DNA of 64,000 nucleotides, taken from contig MCFH01000002.1 in the NCBI GenBank assembly GCA_002104945.1, positions 1,736,001-1,800,000 on the forward strand, given 5' to 3'. The DNA is from Piromyces finnis finn (taxonomy: Eukaryota; Fungi; Neocallimastigomycota). The notes beneath the pieces are model-generated. The model did no database searches. It had not been told where the DNA came from and saw only the letters and a program-made list of their open reading frames with translations. How positions within the stretch are numbered: position 1 is the first letter of the stretch; each line of letters starts with the position of its first letter. The position numbers and the translations under genes are program-made. Of the stretch, positions 57,903-64,000 are shown piece after piece.

Positions 57903-60487
57903 TTTTATAGTATAATATTACAAAAAAAAGGGGTTTATCTCTTTATTATATGATCATAATAAATAATTATTTAATTGCTTAGGTAATATAGTTTTTATAA
58001 AATGGAAATTAATAAAAATAAAAAGATAAAGAATAATTGACAAAAGAATTATAAATTTTAATTTTTTAAATCTTAGTTTTTAATTTAAAAGTAATTAATT
58101 TTGAAAGAACTTTAAAATTTAATATAATTTTAACTTAATATATAATCTGGTAATACAAGAATTATAATATATAATTAAAAAATAAAAAGTTTTTACCTTC
58201 CATAAAATAACATTTACTAATAAACCATAAATTATTAAATATAAGTAAAAAAAAAAAAAAATAAAATATAAAAGAAAGCAATTATATTCTTTTTAATTTT
58301 TATATATAAATTTCTTATTAAAAAAGAAAAAAGGTATTTCTTTATATGAAAATTTGCATATTTAATAATAATTTATATTAAAAATATTGAGATTAATTAA
58401 ATAATTGTTTATTTTTTTTTTTAGAAATTGTGATTAAAAAAATGATACTAATAAATAATTTTTAAAAAAATAATTAACACTTTTCTAACTATAAAATATA
58501 AGATTTAGTTTATTTTTAAGGTTTAATTAAACTTATTTTCTTAAAAAAAATATTTTATAATATTAAATAACACTAATTATATTTATAAAGTTAATAATAC
58601 TAATAAAATAATATTTTTTTGCTAATATAAATATATATTTTAATAAAAATTTTAATAGCAATTATGAAAAATATATTTTTAATAAGAAAAAGCTTTGTTT
58701 GAGCACTTTTTTTTTAAATTTTATTGTGGTTTATAAAAAAAAAAAAAAAGAAAAATACTGTAGTCTTTTTTTATAAATAGTAATTTTTTTCCTATACTAT
58801 ATAATGTTATATTATTAATACCCTTTTAAAATAGTTTAACAATAATTCTATTAATTTTATGATGAAATGAATCTTTAATATTAATATTTTCATTTATATT
58901 ATATACTATAGTATGTATAAAAGAACAATAAATATAACTATATTGTTTTATTTAAAAAAAAAAAAATTAAGATATAGTTTTCTTTTTTTTTTTGTTTTCT
59001 TTTTTTATTATAATTATTATTTATTTAATATTTACTTATTTAATTATATAATTTTTGTTTAGAAGTATGATACAAAATAATAAATTAAATTTGTGTATAC
59101 CATTTAATAATAAAATTTTAATTATAATAAACATTTGTTATATTATTTACACTAATTATTACTTTAACTGCTTATTGTGGTATAAATAATGTAATTAAAA
59201 AATTGACTTTTACATCTATTAAAACCACTATCCTACTTTTAGTGTATTGTTTTTATCAATAGATGCAAATTATTAATATTAGAATATCACAATTTCTTTA
59301 TCCATATTAGTAAATTAAATGGGTTTCTTTTTATTAGTATAAAGTTTATTATCTCCTTTTCCTAGTTATAAATTTTAATTATAATTTATAATAAAAAAAA
59401 AAAGTAAAAATTTTCATATATTAAAAATATTTTATTATCTAATTATATTTATAATTCTTATATCATCCTATAGATTTAAATTATTATTTAATTTTCAATT
59501 TTTTATTTTATTTTTTTTTTTTTTTTTTTTTATTTTTTATTTTCTATCATTGTATAATTATCCATTCTTTTTACTTGTTTTATAATTTATTTTAATCATA
59601 AATAAATTAAAAAAAAGAAAAAACATATATATATAAAATATAAAACTATTTATATTCATTGTAGTATTCTAAGTCTTTTAAATAAGATACTATGATAATA
59701 TACTTATTTATATGTTTTTAAAAATATAATTTAATTGAATAAAAAAAAAAATTGAATTTTGAATACTTGGGGAAAGAAAGCATTTAAAGAATAACTGTAA
59801 TATTAAAATTTATATTTTCATTATTTTTTAGTTTCTTTTTTTTTTTTTTTTTTACAAATATGAGTTACAAATATGAGTTAATAACAAATAATAAGCATGT
59901 TTCTTTTTATTCTCGATATTCAACATGGATAAACATTAAATAAGTAATAAAACAACGTTTATAAAATCAAAAAATATATATATACCGAAAAATAATAATT
60001 AAAGTGAAAAGTTATGAAAATATTATCACTTTCCTAATAAATAAAAAAAATTCTCGGAAATTCTTAACAGGAAACTTAAATAATCTAACGTTAATAACAA
60101 CAACAATAACAACAACAATAACAACAACAATAATAATAATACAAGACAGTTATTTAAGAAAAAAGTTATATATTCAAATCAAACTATTATAATATTTTTT
60201 AATTTTATACTAATTATAAATATAAAAATTAATTGTATTAGAATGATATAAAAATTATATAATTTCACATACATTCTATTTTAATTTTTCTTTTAAAAAT
60301 TTATCTGACCATAATCTATTTATTTATTTATATTCTTCTAATATTATATAGAAAATGAACAAAAATCATATATAAACAACAATACCGTTATCATATTATC
60401 ATAATAAATAGAAGAAAACTCTTTAAAATTTTAATATTATAAATTTAATAAATATATAAAATATTCAATAATTAAAATATTAATTCA

Positions 60488-63400
60488 ATGGATGATAAAC
60501 GTCAAGACTATCACTCAAAAAAAAATCATAATTACTCACCATATCAACAAAAATCATATGAAGAATCATCTCACAATGAAAAATCTTCAAGTAAAACATT
60601 CCAATATGAAAGGGATTCACTACCAATAAATGAACAAAAAATAGCAAAATTAAATAAAATGTTTAATGATGCAATCGCAGATTTTACAACGCCTTCAGAT
60701 TTAGAAGATTACAATATGACAGGAAGTTCATCACAAACAAGGAATTATAGAGATAAAAAACTTAGCTCTGATTATACAACAAATCCATACAGAAAACATT
60801 ATCAGCCAGTTGATGTATCCTATAATAAATACTTATATAATAGTTCACATGAAAGAAGACCATCTCAACCTGAATTTAGTGAATTTTCACATAATACAAT
60901 AGAAAGAAGTTCTTCTGAACAATTAAGTCCTAAATTGTATGCATTACAACAGCAAAGACGTTATGAGCGAATGAAACAACAAAATGATTTTTTATCTCGC
61001 TCTAAATATTCTTCTGGTCATAAATATAGTCATAGTCAAACATCAGGTAAATTTTTTTAAAAATTATATAAATAAATTTAATAAATTTTATTCCAAAGTA
61101 TTTATATATATTTATTTTTTGCGAATAATTTAAAAATTATTATCAAATATATAATTATCTATCAATATAAAAAAATAAATAATCATAATTATATTTAAAA
61201 ATAAAATATCGATAAAACACAAACATAAAACATGAATTTTAAATAATACAAGATAATGATAAATACTACCAAGATACCATAAATGACAATGATAAAGTAT
61301 ATGAAGAAATAAGAAAAAATAGTAAATCTTCTTTATATTCATCATCATTAGATAACGAACAACTATCTCAATCAAGTAGTCATGACTATAATACCATTGA
61401 AAACAGAGAACGTAGAACATCAACAAGATCTTTAAATTCAGATGTATTAAGATATGGCAATGATTATCATAGTAGTTATTCAAAATCATCATTAACAAGA
61501 CCTACAAAAATTCGTTCAAGAAAAGTATCAAATGCTTCAGAAAAAGATTACTCAGAGAATTCAATTTCAAAGTCTCTTTCTTTCAAAAATGTACCACAAC
61601 CATTAACAGAATTGGAAAAACATTCAATTCAGAGACAATCTTCATCAAAATTACATCTCTACGAAAACAGTTCATTAGTTCCTCCAGCAAAATCAAATTA
61701 TAGAGAAAGTTCACCAATACGAAGTCAAAGTAATTCACCAACAATAAATCGAAAAGAAAGAAAAAATGAACCTAGTCCTAAAATTAGCTCATATACACCC
61801 GCAACAAAAGATGGTACTTTATCATATGGAAGATCAGATATACCTGATAGAAGTATATTACGACAACAGCAGCAGCAACAACAACAACAACGAATAGCAA
61901 GATCATTATCACCATCTACAAAAAGAACGAATTATAACCCCACTCATAATTATTCACCTTCACTACAACCTTCCCATACAGCAGAAAGCAGTAATAATAA
62001 TAGTAATAGTAATTTAAATCATAGCAATAATAATGGTAGTGGATCATTACTATTTGGAGATGCAGAAATTAAGAAAACGTCTAATTTCACTTTAACAGGA
62101 CTAAATAACAAAATATCACACAGTCCATCAAACCATCATTCTTATCATCGTAAATACTCTTCTCCAAAGGAAGCATACTCAAAAATAAATACAACACCTC
62201 ATATTCCAGAAAAGTCAATTAAGCATTCTCCTTTTGCATCAGCATCCTCTTTAAAACAAGTTCCACTAAGAAAGAATAGTTTAGATGAAAATAAACACAG
62301 AGATAGAATTGGTAAATCTTCACAAAGTTCAAATTTTGGAAGAAATGCTCTTACTGATGATAATTTAGATATTAAAACTACTGATTTGATATCAGATTTA
62401 CTTAGTGTATTAGATGTTAATAGAGGAAGAACAAAGGAAAGAGATAAACATAATGAAAAAACGCATAATAATGATCATGAAAAGAAACCAAGAAAAGAGC
62501 ATATGTCTTCAGCAGATCGTATAGCTCAATTATTTAGCAATGTTCCAGAATCGTATAAACAAGTATCAGCAGATACAGAAAGTAATAATTTGAATGAAAC
62601 AGAAGTGGCACTTCCTTCAACTAATCAAATACAGTTTCCAATGCCACCAATTAAAAAATCCAATAAGATTGAATATGAACCAAGAAAATTTCTCTACAAA
62701 GGTCGTGTTTGGCAAGTTATTAATAGTTCTCAAGCCAAGGATAGATGTCTTTTCCTTTTCAATGATATTTTAATTATTACAAAACCCATAAAAAATCCTG
62801 GAGATAATACATTTAAATATCAAACAAAATCGGTATTAGAATGTAAAAGATTAAAAAGTACACTAAGAGAAGAAAGAATGTCTCTTTATGAATACTCAAG
62901 GTACTTTAGCCATCCAGCAATTATCCAAGCTATCCATCGATTTGCCACTAATCATATCAAAGCTTTAAGAGAAATTATTGAACAAAATCTGTTACCATGT
63001 ACACCAGATTCCATTTCCTATTTCTTACATTGTGCACCCAATTTAAGTAAACGTCAAATTGGTTGTTTCTTAGGACTTTTAGAACATACCGATATTTTGG
63101 AATCCTATTTAACAGATTTTCCTTTCCGTCTTTTATCTATTGATGAATCATTCAGACTTTTATTACAATCAATAACCCTTCCACAAGATGCATTAGCTCT
63201 TGATCATTTATTAGAAGTCTTTTCTAAAAAATGGTATGAAGAAAATAGAAAACATATTAACATTAATCTTGCCACAACCCTTAGAATTGTTTATTCCATA
63301 CTAGAGTTAAATGCTAGTATTCATGATCAACCTATTCATTCTGAAAATACCTCACCTGTAAAAGATACCCATATCATCACATTAAATAAATTTATTTCAA

Positions 63401-64000
63401 ATTTTACAAATGTTGATGGTACCTGTAGTGCACCACCAGAATTTTTAACTCATATATATAAAAATATAGAAAAAGAGCAGTTAGAAACTTCTACTGATAT
63501 TAGAGAAGAAAGAAAAACATTTACTCTTTCTTATTATAACCATAGAAATCCTTCAGTTAAGCATATGAGTTATGGAAGTAAAAATGCGCAACAACTCACT
63601 ACCCTTTTCCCTTCTAGACTTTCTCAAAGAGAGACATCAGATTATATTACTATTACTATTCCAGAACCTGACCCAAATATTCAAATTCAAATATTTGGTC
63701 AAGATTTGCGTATTGAACCGTCTGTTCTTCATTTCAGAAATAGTAATAAAGCTCAATTTAGAGTAAGAGCTTCAAAATCTCAAGGAAGAAAGCTTGTTAT
63801 GTTTTATAAATTAGGATCTAATGCTACTAAATATTATTCATTAGAACCTAAATGTATAGTTATTGAACCTGCCTTTTTAAGATATTCCTTTGGTATGGAA
63901 TATTTTGAACCATTCCCTGATAACAGTAGTGTATCTTCTCGTTCATCACAAAGACGAAGTCGTAGAAAACGTTATTTATTTGCTGTTAAAGAGAAAAACT
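60488..64000 (+). CDS. Sec7-domain (ARF-GEF-like) protein with PH-like segments, long Ser-rich N-terminus, incomplete at the window end
   Basis: Exon 60488-61046 (phase 1) joins the exon starting at 61253, whose frame I traced without stops over most of its length to 64000 (missed by the ORF track because no stop falls inside the window). Sec7 motifs: LSKRQIGCFLG...F..LSIDESFRLLLQSITLPQDALALDHLLEVFSKKW...YSILELNASIH. PH-like segment: RKFLYKG...DRCLFLFNDILIITK. Confidence 0.85.

Noticed and set aside
57903-60487. RFX X-box upstream of CC2D2A (for example CAACATGGATAAAC near 59921)
   Set aside because: Only a partial half-site, ~2 kb from the start codon; not distinguishable from chance.

Overview
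Extremely AT-rich eukaryotic DNA with many short GT-AG introns and long poly(A/T) and AAT tracts. Composition plus a vinculin homologue and a ciliary transition-zone gene suggest a zoosporic fungus, most likely an anaerobic gut fungus (Neocallimastigomycota); this is inference. I reconstructed eight protein-coding genes by hand. In order: an orphan Asn-rich protein (+), a Sec14/CRAL-TRIO CSR1-like lipid-transfer protein (+), a small heat-shock protein (-), Enhancer of polycomb-like EPL1 (+), a vinculin/alpha-catenin homologue (-), a ~1767-aa multi-repeat coiled-coil orphan (+), a CC2D2A/MKS6 homologue (-), and a Sec7-domain protein that runs off the window end (+). Between ~40.4 and 49.0 kb lies a nest of three copies of one APE-endonuclease/RT non-LTR retrotransposon family. 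These are an old decayed copy, a young 5'-truncated copy inserted into it (12-bp TSD), and an apparently full-length 5.74-kb copy in the opposite orientation (13-bp TSD, poly(A) tail). The most unusual signals are: a highly structured RNA at the exact 5' end of the full-length element, an ORF2 with no AUG before its endonuclease motifs, a strict 39-residue periodicity in the repeat protein, and a Sec7 domain with a substituted glutamic finger that appears to sit inside a split PH domain.
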